Of a DNA stretch of 64,000 nucleotides, positions 1-9,434 are shown one piece after another. The DNA comes from an uncultured Gemmatimonadales bacterium (GTDB taxonomy: Bacteria > Gemmatimonadota > Gemmatimonadetes > Gemmatimonadales > Gemmatimonadaceae): contig CAWKMU010000003.1 of NCBI GenBank assembly GCA_963850905.1, forward strand, positions 1,568,001 through 1,632,000, in the 5' to 3' direction. How positions within the stretch are numbered: position 1 is the first letter of the stretch; every line of letters starts with the position of its first letter. Position numbers and translations under genes: made by a program. The notes below the pieces were generated by a model. The model was not told the origin of the DNA. It did not search any database and worked only from the letters and a program-made list of their open reading frames with translations.

Positions 1-996
1 TTTCTCGTCATCGCGTCAGTCCGGTCCGCCCGAGATCTCTATTCCCTCGTGTGGGCCGGTGTGCTGAGCGCCGGCTGGCTGGCGTATGTCTCTCTCTTTG
101 TGTTCAAGTTGTCGTCGTACCAGAACTACCAACGACTGGCGAACCTCGACACGTACGACGCCAACGACGTCGGACTCGTCATGCTCGTTGGCCTCGCGCT
201 CGCACTGCTCGCCTTTCAAACGAGCCGCCAGATCGGCAAAGCCGTCTGCGCATTTGTGCTGGTCGGCGTCGGCGCGACGATTGCGAGATCGGGGTCGCGC
301 GGTGCGTTCGTCGGCCTCATTGCATTCGGCGCCGGTCTGATCCTGCTCGCGAATCGCGTTTCGATCGTCAAGCGAATCGGCTTCGTGGTGGCGATCGTGC
401 TCGGCATGATCATCTACGCGCCGCCTGGCTACTGGCAGCAGATGCAAACGATCGAGAATCCGAAGGCGGACTACAACTGGAGCACCGTCAATGGGCGGCG
501 GCAAGTGGCCCTCCGCGGCCTCGGGTACATGTTGCACTACCCGATTTTTGGCGTCGGCATCAATAACTTCGCAAAGGCGGAGTGTGAGATCTCCGACAAA
601 GCCAAGACGCACGTCGAAGGCACGGGCATTCGGTGCACGCCGCCCCACAATGCCTACATCGAGGCGGCGGCCGAGACGGGCATTCCGGGGGGGATCCTCT
701 GGATCGTGATGGTGCCAGGCGGCGTCGTGTGGCTCGCGCGACTTCGCCGCAAGATCCCTCCGAGCTGGGCAAACGGGGACCAGGAGCAACGATTCCTCTA
801 TCTGTGCACGCTTTACTTCGCGGTGCTCCTCGTTGGCTATGCCGCCGGATCCTTCTTTCTTTCGTTCACGTGGTACGACGTCTCGTATTACATCTTCGCG
901 ATGCTCGCTGGACTGCAGGTCTCCATCACCGAAAAGTTGCGTCGGTCTCAGCCCATAGCTGTCAATGACGTCCGTCTTGGTGAGCGACGGCGATGA
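1..996 (+). CDS. O-antigen ligase / Wzy-like polymerase family membrane protein (5' truncated by window edge)
   Basis: Frame open from base 1; multiple TM segments, SGSRGA motif, HxPIFGVG and PHNAYIEAAAETG motifs typical of the Wzy_C/O-antigen ligase family. Confidence 0.85.
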   Translation, partial: FLVIASVRSARDLYSLVWAGVLSAGWLAYVSLFVFKLSSYQNYQRLANLDTYDANDVGLVMLVGLALALLAFQTSRQIGKAVCAFVLVGVGATIARSGSRGAFVGLIAFGAGLILLANRVSIVKRIGFVVAIVLGMIIYAPPGYWQQMQTIENPKADYNWSTVNGRRQVALRGLGYMLHYPIFGVGINNFAKAECEISDKAKTHVEGTGIRCTPPHNAYIEAAAETGIPGGILWIVMVPGGVVWLARLRRKIPPSWANGDQEQRFLYLCTLYFAVLLVGYAAGSFFLSFTWYDVSYYIFAMLAGLQVSITEKLRRSQPIAVNDVRLGERRR

Positions 997-2152
997 GCGA
1001 GCTGCCCTCGCCGTCGTCCGGTCCTTAGGCCGCGCTGGTTTCGAGGTGCACGTGTGCGGCCGACGGCGGCGCACGCTGGCGGGTGTGTCGCGCCAAGCCA
1101 CGCATGCCTTCGTCGCGCCCGATCCGTTGCGGCAACCCCGCGACTTCAGCGACACGCTCGTGTCGTATGTCGAGACGCGAGGCATCGATGTCGTCTTACC
1201 TGTTACTGAGCCCGCCTTGCTCGCCGTGCTCGGTGATCGCACACGGTTCGGGCGAGCACGGATCCCCTTTCCACCGATCGACACGTTTCTCACCGCGAAT
1301 GACAAGCAAGCACTGAGCGCCATGGCGCCAGCGCTCGGCATCAATGTGCCACGGCAGTGGGACATTTTGACTCCAGAGGGCCTCGCACGTCTCGAGACAA
1401 CCACGTTGCCGTATCCGGTCGTGATCAAGCCGGCGCGATCGGTCGGTGAGCGTGACGGGATCCGCTCGAAACACACCGTGCGATACGCCAGAGACGCTGC
1501 AGAGCTGCGGACCCGCATCGCCGACATGCCCACAGCCGCCTACCCGTTGCTGATCCAACAGCGGGTAACCGGGCCGGGGTGCGGCGTCTTCCTGCTACGG
1601 TGGGATGGCGTGACCATCGCATCTTTTGCACATCGGCGCATTCGCGAGAAACCACCGGCGGGCGGCGTCAGTGTGTACGCGGAGGCGGTTGCGCTCGATT
1701 CGGGGCTGATGGCGCAATCGGAGCGGCTACTGGATGCGCTCAACTGGCGCGGAGTGGCGATGGTCGAGTACAAGCTCGATGCGGCCACGGGGACGACGTA
1801 CCTGATGGAAATCAACGGGCGGTTCTGGGGATCGCTGCAGCTCGCGATCGACGCCGGTGTCGATTTCCCGCAGCTGCTCGTACGGTGCGCCCTGGGAGAA
1901 CCCGTCGCGGCCAAGTCCAGCTATCGCGTTGGTACACGGGGCCGATGGTGGTGGGGCGAGGTCGACCATGTCCTGGCGCGGCTCCGTCGCACCAATGCAG
2001 AACTGGCGCTGCCGCCTGGAGCTCCGACTCGGGCGTCGGTCGTCGCCGATTTCCTCGCGCGCTGGCGGCTGCACGAGCGTGACGCGGTCTTTCGGTTCGA
2101 CGATCCCATGCCGTTCTTGAACGAGTCGGCACGGTGGTTCCGGGGACAGTGA
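965..2152 (+). CDS. ATP-grasp domain carboxylate-amine ligase
   Basis: YPVVIKP, LIQQRV, VEYK...LMEINGRFWGS ATP-grasp motifs; EPS-cluster context. Confidence 0.85.
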   Translation: MTSVLVSDGDERAALAVVRSLGRAGFEVHVCGRRRRTLAGVSRQATHAFVAPDPLRQPRDFSDTLVSYVETRGIDVVLPVTEPALLAVLGDRTRFGRARIPFPPIDTFLTANDKQALSAMAPALGINVPRQWDILTPEGLARLETTTLPYPVVIKPARSVGERDGIRSKHTVRYARDAAELRTRIADMPTAAYPLLIQQRVTGPGCGVFLLRWDGVTIASFAHRRIREKPPAGGVSVYAEAVALDSGLMAQSERLLDALNWRGVAMVEYKLDAATGTTYLMEINGRFWGSLQLAIDAGVDFPQLLVRCALGEPVAAKSSYRVGTRGRWWWGEVDHVLARLRRTNAELALPPGAPTRASVVADFLARWRLHERDAVFRFDDPMPFLNESARWFRGQ

Positions 2153-2946
2153 TGCCGCCGAGAGCGATCGGTCTCGCCGGGGCGGTCCATGTCCACAGCT
2201 CGTACTCGCGCGATGGGCAGGACCCGCTCGACAGGATCCGGGATCGCGCAGTCGCTGCTGGCATTCGATTCATTGGCATGACGGATCACGCCGAGGACTT
2301 CGACGCCGGCCGGTTCGCCGAGTATCGCGCGGCGTGTAACGCGGTGTCCGATGATCGCGTCACGCTGATCCCCGGGCTCGAGTTTCGGTTTGCGAAACAC
2401 CGAGGACTGCACTTGCTGGCGTGCGGTCTCGATCGTTGGGTAGAGCCTCCGGCCACGCTGGAAGGTTTTGCCGAGGAGGTCGCCGATGCGGCTCGTCTGA
2501 CGATTCTGGCGCACCCCATCTTGACCGCGTATCGCGTGCCCGGGATCGTTCGCGACTGCATCGACGCTGTCGAAGTCTGGAATGCGTCCTACAACACACG
2601 CTATCTGCCCGACCCACGCGCGATCGCGCTGTTGCACGTCGTCCAGCGATCGCGCCCCGCAGTCGTCGGCGTCGCGGGGCTGGACCAGCATGATGCCAGC
2701 AACGACCGTCGGACCCGCGTGGTCTTGACGGATCAACGTGATCTGGCCGACCCACTCGTTGCCATTCGCGAAGGCCGGTTTCGGAATCATGGCCAGACGA
2801 TGTCCTTCGCTGCAAATGCCGAGCTGTCGGGGGTGATGTTGTTCGGCCTGATGGCGGTCCGCGCGGTCTTCGATCGGGTCGAGCGCACGCAGGAGCGTGT
2901 GACACGTGCGTGGCGCCGGCGGAATGCGCGCCCGGTGAGACACTAG
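2152..2946 (+). CDS. PHP domain metal-dependent phosphoesterase
   Basis: HVHSSYSRDG, MTDH, GLE, AHP, GLDQH metal-ligand motifs; ATG overlaps the upstream TGA (TGATG). Confidence 0.8.
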   Translation: MPPRAIGLAGAVHVHSSYSRDGQDPLDRIRDRAVAAGIRFIGMTDHAEDFDAGRFAEYRAACNAVSDDRVTLIPGLEFRFAKHRGLHLLACGLDRWVEPPATLEGFAEEVADAARLTILAHPILTAYRVPGIVRDCIDAVEVWNASYNTRYLPDPRAIALLHVVQRSRPAVVGVAGLDQHDASNDRRTRVVLTDQRDLADPLVAIREGRFRNHGQTMSFAANAELSGVMLFGLMAVRAVFDRVERTQERVTRAWRRRNARPVRH

Positions 2947-2948
2947 CT

Positions 2949-4016
2949 GTGTCCCGCGACACGGACTCGGCGACGCCCAGCATCTCGGTGGTGATACCGA
3001 CTTACAACCGAGGAGCATTGCTGCCTCGGGCGATTGCATCCGCGCTCGAGCAAACCTGTTCGCCGTCCGAGGTGATCGTTGTAGACGATGGCTCGTCTGA
3101 CGACACACCTCAGCGTTGCGGGGAGTGGGGCGATCGCATTCGATATCTGCGCACTCCCAACGGTGGTGTCGCGGCGGCGCGGAACGCCGGGATTGCGCAG
3201 GCACGTGGCGATTGGATTGCGCTTCTCGACTCGGACGACTGGTGGGAGCCGACGAAGCTGGAAGTCCAGATGGCGGCGCACCGAGCGAACTCGGCGGCCG
3301 CATGGTCTGTCACGGGATGCGTGATCGTCGATGGTACCGGTCACGCTCGCGACGGTCTACAAAGCTTCGCAGGCGCGTTCCCTGTGTTCGGGGAGACTGG
3401 TTGCGAACCCGAGGAGTTGTTCATCAAGCACCTGCAGGCCTTCACGGTCACCGCCGCCGGCGCCGAGCATGCCTGCTTTCAGGGCGATCTGTTCGGTCTC
3501 CTTTTTCTCGGCAACGTTGCGCTGCCTTCATCGGCGTTGATCAGGCGAGCGTTTTTCACGCAAATCGGTGGCTTTGATGCGTCGTTGCGACTGGCCGAGG
3601 AGACAGAGTTCTTCCACCGCGCGGCCGCGCATTCACCGGCCCTGGTGGTGATGTCGAGACTGGTCCGCTATCGTATGGCGAGTAATGACTCGCTCACCGC
3701 GGGGCGCAACGTCGACCGGCTCACGGAAATCGCGCTTCGCAGCCTCGATGCGGCGGCCACCCGTCGGCCGATGCATGCTGCCTATCGCGAGGCGCACGCC
3801 ACTGGCCGACGCAACCTGCTGCTCCGACTGGCGTACGCGCAGCTCAGCGAGCGGGACGGGACCGCGGTGCGAAAGACCTTGCGCCGCCTTCGTGAGTCTG
3901 ACGTGCCGATCGGGCGTCGGGGCGCCGCGATGTGGGCCGCGAGCCTCCTGCCGCCGACCGCGCTAGGCGCGCTCCACGGGGGCAAACGCCTCTTGCGGCG
4001 CGTGACCCGTCGATGA
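2949..4016 (+). CDS. glycosyltransferase family 2
   Basis: SVVIPTYN, VVDDGSSD, ARNAG, LDSDD motifs; start uncertain (2910 or GTG 2949). Confidence 0.9.
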   Translation: MSRDTDSATPSISVVIPTYNRGALLPRAIASALEQTCSPSEVIVVDDGSSDDTPQRCGEWGDRIRYLRTPNGGVAAARNAGIAQARGDWIALLDSDDWWEPTKLEVQMAAHRANSAAAWSVTGCVIVDGTGHARDGLQSFAGAFPVFGETGCEPEELFIKHLQAFTVTAAGAEHACFQGDLFGLLFLGNVALPSSALIRRAFFTQIGGFDASLRLAEETEFFHRAAAHSPALVVMSRLVRYRMASNDSLTAGRNVDRLTEIALRSLDAAATRRPMHAAYREAHATGRRNLLLRLAYAQLSERDGTAVRKTLRRLRESDVPIGRRGAAMWAASLLPPTALGALHGGKRLLRRVTRR

Positions 4017-5185
4017 CGACGCCAGTCGCGCGCAAACTCGTTGTTGCACAGATGCTCGAGTCGGACGGTCCGGGGGGGGCCGAGATGGTCGTACTCCGAC
4101 TGGCCGAGGCGTTGCGAGCCAGAGGACACGAGGTCGTACCAGTAGGCCCGGCGACCGGGTGCGGGTGGCTCGCCGAGAAGTTTCGGGAACGCGGGTTCCA
4201 GCCTGAGCAGTTTCTGCTGCGTCGGCCGTTGGATTGGCGGTGTGCGCGAGGCATGGCCGCGATGCTCAGGCGCCGGCACGTTGACGTCATCCACAGCCAC
4301 GAGTTCACCATGGCGGTGTATGGCGCGGCGACCGCGAGTTGGCTGCGCCGGCCACACATCACGACAATGCATGGCAACCAGGTAATGACGACCCGCTGGC
4401 GACGTCGGGTGTCATTGCGCGCCGCATTTCGGTTGAGCGACGCCGTTGTCGCTGTGTCTCAGGACACCAAGCGTTTTCTGGACGAGCAGCTGGGGCTTCG
4501 TCCGGGCGTGCTGCGCGTTATCCCCAACGGCGTCCCGCCCTCCACGGGTGATCGGCCACGACTGCGTCGCGAGTTGCGGATTGCCCCTGACGAGCTGCTC
4601 GTGCTCGCGACCGGTAGCCTGGTTCCACGGAAGGGGCACGCAGTGCTCATTCGCGCGCTGGCCGCACTTCCTGCAGAGGGCGCGTCCTGGCGACTGGCGA
4701 TCGCCGGCAACGGTGCCGAGAGAGCTGCGTTAGAGTCGCTCTGCCGGGAGATGGACGTCACCGACAGAGTACACATGCTTGGCCATCGGGATGATGTTGG
4801 CGACCTGCTGGCGGCCGCCGACATTTTTGCGATGCCGTCGCTCTGGGAGGGGTTGCCTCTGGCATTGCTGGAGGCCATGCGCGCGGGCAAGGCGATCGTC
4901 GCGTCGGCGACGTCGGGGATCCCGGAAGCCGTTGCCGACGACGTCGACGGTCTGCTCACGCCGCCCGGAGACGTCGGGAAGTTGACTGCGGCGCTCGAGC
5001 GGTTGCGGGCGCAGCCGGCCCTGAGGCAACGCTTGGCGAATGCCGCCTCGACGCGTGCGCTGACTGACTTCTCAATTGAGACGATGACGGCCGCCTACGA
5101 ACAGCTGTACGTGGCGTCGCTCCTCAGTCCTTCCGAGCTAGGAGTTGTGGCTCGGGAACGCGGCGGTCTCGCGGCCTCGCATTAG
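4013..5185 (+). CDS. glycosyltransferase family 4
   Basis: GGAE N-terminal motif, RKG, PSLWEGLPLALLEAM; ATGA overlap with the upstream gene. Confidence 0.9.
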   Translation: MTTPVARKLVVAQMLESDGPGGAEMVVLRLAEALRARGHEVVPVGPATGCGWLAEKFRERGFQPEQFLLRRPLDWRCARGMAAMLRRRHVDVIHSHEFTMAVYGAATASWLRRPHITTMHGNQVMTTRWRRRVSLRAAFRLSDAVVAVSQDTKRFLDEQLGLRPGVLRVIPNGVPPSTGDRPRLRRELRIAPDELLVLATGSLVPRKGHAVLIRALAALPAEGASWRLAIAGNGAERAALESLCREMDVTDRVHMLGHRDDVGDLLAAADIFAMPSLWEGLPLALLEAMRAGKAIVASATSGIPEAVADDVDGLLTPPGDVGKLTAALERLRAQPALRQRLANAASTRALTDFSIETMTAAYEQLYVASLLSPSELGVVARERGGLAASH

Positions 5186-6181
5186 TGCGAGGAGCGCCGC
5201 GAAGGGCGCGAGGAGTAAGCGCGTAACCGCGCGGAGACGGACGTCTGGATAGTAGAGCGCGTGGTAATAGGCCTTGCACGCCAACCCTGACTTGCCGGCG
5301 CGGAAGAAATGGTATCCCGCTCCGAGCCACGCCCTCCCGAGTCGACGTCGCAGCACGTCCCGCCGTGGCGGGCTGGTCGTCAAAGGCAAGGTGCGAGTGA
5401 GCGCATCGATGTCTGGCAGGAGCTTCGCATCCGCCCGGCGATAGCTGTTCTGCGCGTGGCGCCGGACCTCGACGAGTGGCTCATCAATGTATGCGCCGTT
5501 TGCGACGCGATACGTGTTCAATACGTAGAAAAGGTCTTGACTGAGCCTCATGTCCGCCGGAAACTCGAGCCCGCGCACCAACTCGGTGCGCGCGAGCATC
5601 GTCTGGGTCCAGCATGGGAGCTGAGACAACGGCACCAGGTTGCAAAAAGTGTCGCCGGCAATGACATGGCCGCCGCCCGCGCGCGATGGCCGACTGGGCA
5701 GCGTTGCCAGCTCCGGCACCAGGTCGAATTGCGTCTCCGTGTGAAAGCCTCCGTCGTCGAAGCGGACGAAATTCGTGAAGACGAAACCGACATCGGGTTC
5801 GCTCTCGAGGAGTGCGATTTGCCGAGCCAATTTGCCCGGGCGCCATCGATCGTCGGCATCGAGAAATGCGATATGCCGTCCACGCGCCAATGACAGGCCG
5901 TGGTTGCGAGCCGCGCCGACTCCGCCGTGTGGCAGGCGCTCAGTGCGCAGTCTCGGATCGGTCATGCGTGCCAGGCGCTCGGCCGTATCGTCGATCGACC
6001 CATCGTCGACGATGATGACTTCGACCCCGGGGACGTCCTGATCGAGCACGCTCGCCACTGCGTCTTCGATGACGTGCCCGAAGTTGTACGTCGGGATGAT
6101 GACGCTGACGGTCGGTGTGGCGGGCCGAGCCGATCGGCTATACGCTGCCGTTGCCGGTAATCGAGCCGTTGGGTCGGTCAT
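5138..6181 (-). CDS. glycosyltransferase family 2
   Basis: SVIIPTYN, VDDGSIDDT, FLDADD motifs. Confidence 0.9.
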   Translation of the reverse strand: MTDPTARLPATAAYSRSARPATPTVSVIIPTYNFGHVIEDAVASVLDQDVPGVEVIIVDDGSIDDTAERLARMTDPRLRTERLPHGGVGAARNHGLSLARGRHIAFLDADDRWRPGKLARQIALLESEPDVGFVFTNFVRFDDGGFHTETQFDLVPELATLPSRPSRAGGGHVIAGDTFCNLVPLSQLPCWTQTMLARTELVRGLEFPADMRLSQDLFYVLNTYRVANGAYIDEPLVEVRRHAQNSYRRADAKLLPDIDALTRTLPLTTSPPRRDVLRRRLGRAWLGAGYHFFRAGKSGLACKAYYHALYYPDVRLRAVTRLLLAPFAALLALMRGRETAAFPSHNS

Positions 6182-6232
6182 CGTCGCACCGGTGGACCGC
6201 CAGTGTGAGAATCTTCTGGTTGCCGCGGGCCA

Positions 6233-7867
6233 TCACGACGGGACTGCATTCTCGGTGCCTGCGCGTCGGAGGACACCGACCGCGGCGTCCAGGAGCTTGC
6301 TCCCCAGGCCGCGGACCGCCTGTCGTTCGGCCTGCGTGAGGATCGGCAGCTTCCACGCGAGTGTCACGTACACGGCGAACAAGGACACGCGAGCGACAAT
6401 GGCCAGCGAGAGTGGACCAGCTGGCAGCAGCACACCGGCGATCACGACGCCGGTAGCCAACGCAAGGAGCCGCATGACCGGAGGCCAGTTGTATCGCACC
6501 GGCCAGAGCTGCTGTGACTTCACGTAGGCCCCCACGTAGCGGACCAAATAACCAATCACCGTGGCGATCGCGGCGCCCCAGCTGCCCCAACGCGGGATGA
6601 GGAGCGCATAGCCCGCGAATACCGCGACTGCGGCGAGCCAGTTGGCGATGGCCGTCCATTTCGTACGCTCGCTAATGCTGATGCCAATGTCCTGCGCAGC
6701 CGTCCAGGCCTGAAGCACCATCGCGATCAGCAGGATGGGAACAACGTTGGCGGCGGGCCAGTATGCTGGCGGTGTCAGCACCTGCAAGCCGACCCGCACG
6801 AACAGGCAGATGCCAACGGCACCGGTGAGGAGGATGAAGTTCTGGTACAGGAACATCTGCGCGTATATGCCATGCCGGTCGCCGCGATCGGCCAGCTCGT
6901 AGCGCTTCGGGCTCAGGACCATCTCGATGGGGGTCTGTGCGAGGAAGGGGAGGAGAAAGGCAAACTGATAGGCCAGCGTGTAGTTGCCGACGTAGGTGAG
7001 ATTCCTCGACGCGCGCAGAAACGGGCGGTCCCCATAGGTCAGTACGAAGGTCGCAACTTGGGTCGCCATGAGCGGAAGACCGAACCGATACAGGTCGTGC
7101 GCCACGGAGCGCACGTATCGAAGTCCCACACCACGTACCGCCAGGACCATGAGCACGGCGCCAATACAGGAATTCGCCACGATCGTGCTCAGAAACATCG
7201 CCCGAGCTCCCAGGTGAGCGACTGTCAAGAGCAGGACATTGAGGATCACCTGTATCGACAAACGGGCCAGCTGAGCGCCAACGATGAGGCGGAACCGACC
7301 CATCGCGCGGAAGTATGGCCCTGGGACGAAAGTCGGTGCGGACGTGATGGCACTCACGGCCCCCAACCGGACTAACCCCGTGTACTTGTCGGACCCCAGC
7401 ACATAGTGCGCGATCGGCGGCGCCAGGAGGAGTGCGAGTAGCCCCGCCACCGCATAGCCGCCGCAAACGATCCATAGCGAGGTGGAGATCACGCCGCGAC
7501 GCTCAGCGTCGGTGCTCGCTTTGTAGTAGAAGCGAAAGACGCCGCCTAGCAATCGCGACCCGGCGACAATCGTCAAGACATCGAGGCTGTTCTCGACCAG
7601 CTCGAGGGCGCCGTAATCGGCCACCGACAGATAGTGCGTGTACAGCGGCAGCATCATGAAGGACAGCATCTTGCTGATGAGTGCCGCGCCTGCGAACAAC
7701 AGGGCACTCTTGCCCATCGCCTCGAACTTGACCGGCGCGGGCGGCGCCTCGATGTCGACGGGCGGCATGAATGGATCGCCGCCGATGGACATGACGCCGC
7801 CGGTCTCGGCGTTTGCGCGCGCCGCCGCTTCGGTCGTTCCGGACGGCGGTTCGGCGGGACTACTCAC
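6233..7867 (-). CDS. wzx: Wzx-type polysaccharide flippase (MOP/PST family)
   Basis: LPLYTHYLSVADYG motif, ~12 TM segments, LLIPRWGSWGAAIAT C-terminal motif; start uncertain (GTG 7867 overlaps the upstream stop). Confidence 0.85.
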   Translation of the reverse strand: MSSPAEPPSGTTEAAARANAETGGVMSIGGDPFMPPVDIEAPPAPVKFEAMGKSALLFAGAALISKMLSFMMLPLYTHYLSVADYGALELVENSLDVLTIVAGSRLLGGVFRFYYKASTDAERRGVISTSLWIVCGGYAVAGLLALLLAPPIAHYVLGSDKYTGLVRLGAVSAITSAPTFVPGPYFRAMGRFRLIVGAQLARLSIQVILNVLLLTVAHLGARAMFLSTIVANSCIGAVLMVLAVRGVGLRYVRSVAHDLYRFGLPLMATQVATFVLTYGDRPFLRASRNLTYVGNYTLAYQFAFLLPFLAQTPIEMVLSPKRYELADRGDRHGIYAQMFLYQNFILLTGAVGICLFVRVGLQVLTPPAYWPAANVVPILLIAMVLQAWTAAQDIGISISERTKWTAIANWLAAVAVFAGYALLIPRWGSWGAAIATVIGYLVRYVGAYVKSQQLWPVRYNWPPVMRLLALATGVVIAGVLLPAGPLSLAIVARVSLFAVYVTLAWKLPILTQAERQAVRGLGSKLLDAAVGVLRRAGTENAVPS

Positions 7868-9434
7868 GCGGCGCTGCCGGTTGCGCACGGACGATTTGCA
7901 CGCCATCGAACGACACCGGAGCGTCCAGATGGTCATGGGCGCCCAAGTAGGTGAGTACCAGTGTCGGACCGTCCTTGAGAGGGTCGAGAACTTGGGCCGC
8001 CGTGACGAACCACACCGGATGCTGCATCGCGTTCAGAGAGGCGAGGCGTGCTGCCACGACTGTGGTGTCTCGAATCACGTATGAGGTCGGGTCGTACCTG
8101 TCGAGATTGATGTCCACTGGCACTCCGTAGACCGGAGTGCTCCGATCGATCGGTTGGAAGTAGTCGTTGAAGGGCAGCAAACGGTCTGGATCGTACACCA
8201 ATACGATGTCGCCGGGCGCCGCCCGGTCTGCGACGTAGCGTGCGGCACTCCGCCAGTCCTCGCGTTGCACGCCGTGCCGTTGATAACTCAGGAGACAAAT
8301 GGCCGTGAGTCCCGCGACGCCGCCGCGCTCGACGAGGCGCGCCCACCCCATCGTCGTGCGGTCGATCCACATGGCATAAATGAGCAGTAAGCCTGGCATT
8401 GCGATCAGCAAGTGCTGGGGGTGCACGGGGGTCACACGGAACAGGTGCAGCAAGCCGAGCACCGCGAGCGGGAGGAAGGCCGACACCGTGAGCCCCACTT
8501 CATCCCGATCCCACGGAGTTCGAGGCGCCACCGTGCGCAGCAGCGGAAACGCGATGGCGATGGCTAGGAAGATCGGCACGATGTGTGGCCACGACAGGAC
8601 CTCGGCGCGACCCTCGAAGGCACCCATCATCACTTCGCCTGTCTTATACAAAGCGTATCGAAGATTGGTCGAAGGAGCGATCGAGTTGTCGATCGGATGC
8701 AGCGCGATCTGTGACCGGATGACCAGGACCATCGGTGCGACGGCGCAGCCGGCGATGGCCAACATGCCAGTGACTAGCGACGTGCGGCGCTTGGCGATGA
8801 CGGAAGCGCCCCACTGGCCCGCCAGAGCGAAGCCGCCGTAGTAGAACGTGAAAAGCAGGGCGATGGCCGAGCCGGCGTAACCGACGAGATTCCTGGGAGC
8901 CACGCGCGTCGTGCTGCGGACGATCCCGAGGAAGAAGTAGAGCGTGAGCGCTGTGAGCAGCAGGGCCAGTGCATAGCCACGAAGCTCGGATGCGGCCCAC
9001 ACGACCCCTGGAACGAACGCGGAAGCTATCCCCAGCCACCGCCACTGCGTGAGCCCGGCGCGCCGCCCGATCGCGGCCATCACGACGACAAATGCCATGG
9101 CTGCCAGTGTCGATAACGCGCGCCCGAACATCACGCTGCTATTGATCTCGCGCCAGAGGGCGAGCAACCCAAAGTAGAGCGGGGCCTGCAGCTCGTAGTG
9201 CAACCCGCGACGGATCGCGCCCAGCACCGGAAGGCGCGACGTGTACTCCGAGTACGCCTCGTCGATCCAGAGGCTCTTGTGCGCAGAGTTCCACGTCGCG
9301 AGCGCGCCAAGCGCGACCGCCGAGCCTGCGACCGCCCACCGCGCACCGCGCGACGTCACCGGGGTGCTAGGGAGCGACCCAGTTGGTGTCGCTGGCCGCG
9401 CCAGTGTATCGGTAGACGTAACGAGGGTATCCAT
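7860..9434 (-). CDS. GT-C (PMT/ArnT-like) membrane glycosyltransferase
   Basis: SLWIDEAYS loop after TM1, PLYF, ELRGYA, periplasmic EDWR..A motif. Confidence 0.8.
   Translation of the reverse strand: MDTLVTSTDTLARPATPTGSLPSTPVTSRGARWAVAGSAVALGALATWNSAHKSLWIDEAYSEYTSRLPVLGAIRRGLHYELQAPLYFGLLALWREINSSVMFGRALSTLAAMAFVVVMAAIGRRAGLTQWRWLGIASAFVPGVVWAASELRGYALALLLTALTLYFFLGIVRSTTRVAPRNLVGYAGSAIALLFTFYYGGFALAGQWGASVIAKRRTSLVTGMLAIAGCAVAPMVLVIRSQIALHPIDNSIAPSTNLRYALYKTGEVMMGAFEGRAEVLSWPHIVPIFLAIAIAFPLLRTVAPRTPWDRDEVGLTVSAFLPLAVLGLLHLFRVTPVHPQHLLIAMPGLLLIYAMWIDRTTMGWARLVERGGVAGLTAICLLSYQRHGVQREDWRSAARYVADRAAPGDIVLVYDPDRLLPFNDYFQPIDRSTPVYGVPVDINLDRYDPTSYVIRDTTVVAARLASLNAMQHPVWFVTAAQVLDPLKDGPTLVLTYLGAHDHLDAPVSFDGVQIVRAQPAAPRE

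Noticed and set aside
16..1533. Long antisense and alternate-frame ORFs (also 12507-13964, 19846-21276, 30049-31596, 31855-33432, 45861-47516)
   Set aside because: Shadows of real genes in high-GC DNA; Arg/Ala/Pro-rich with no domain motifs
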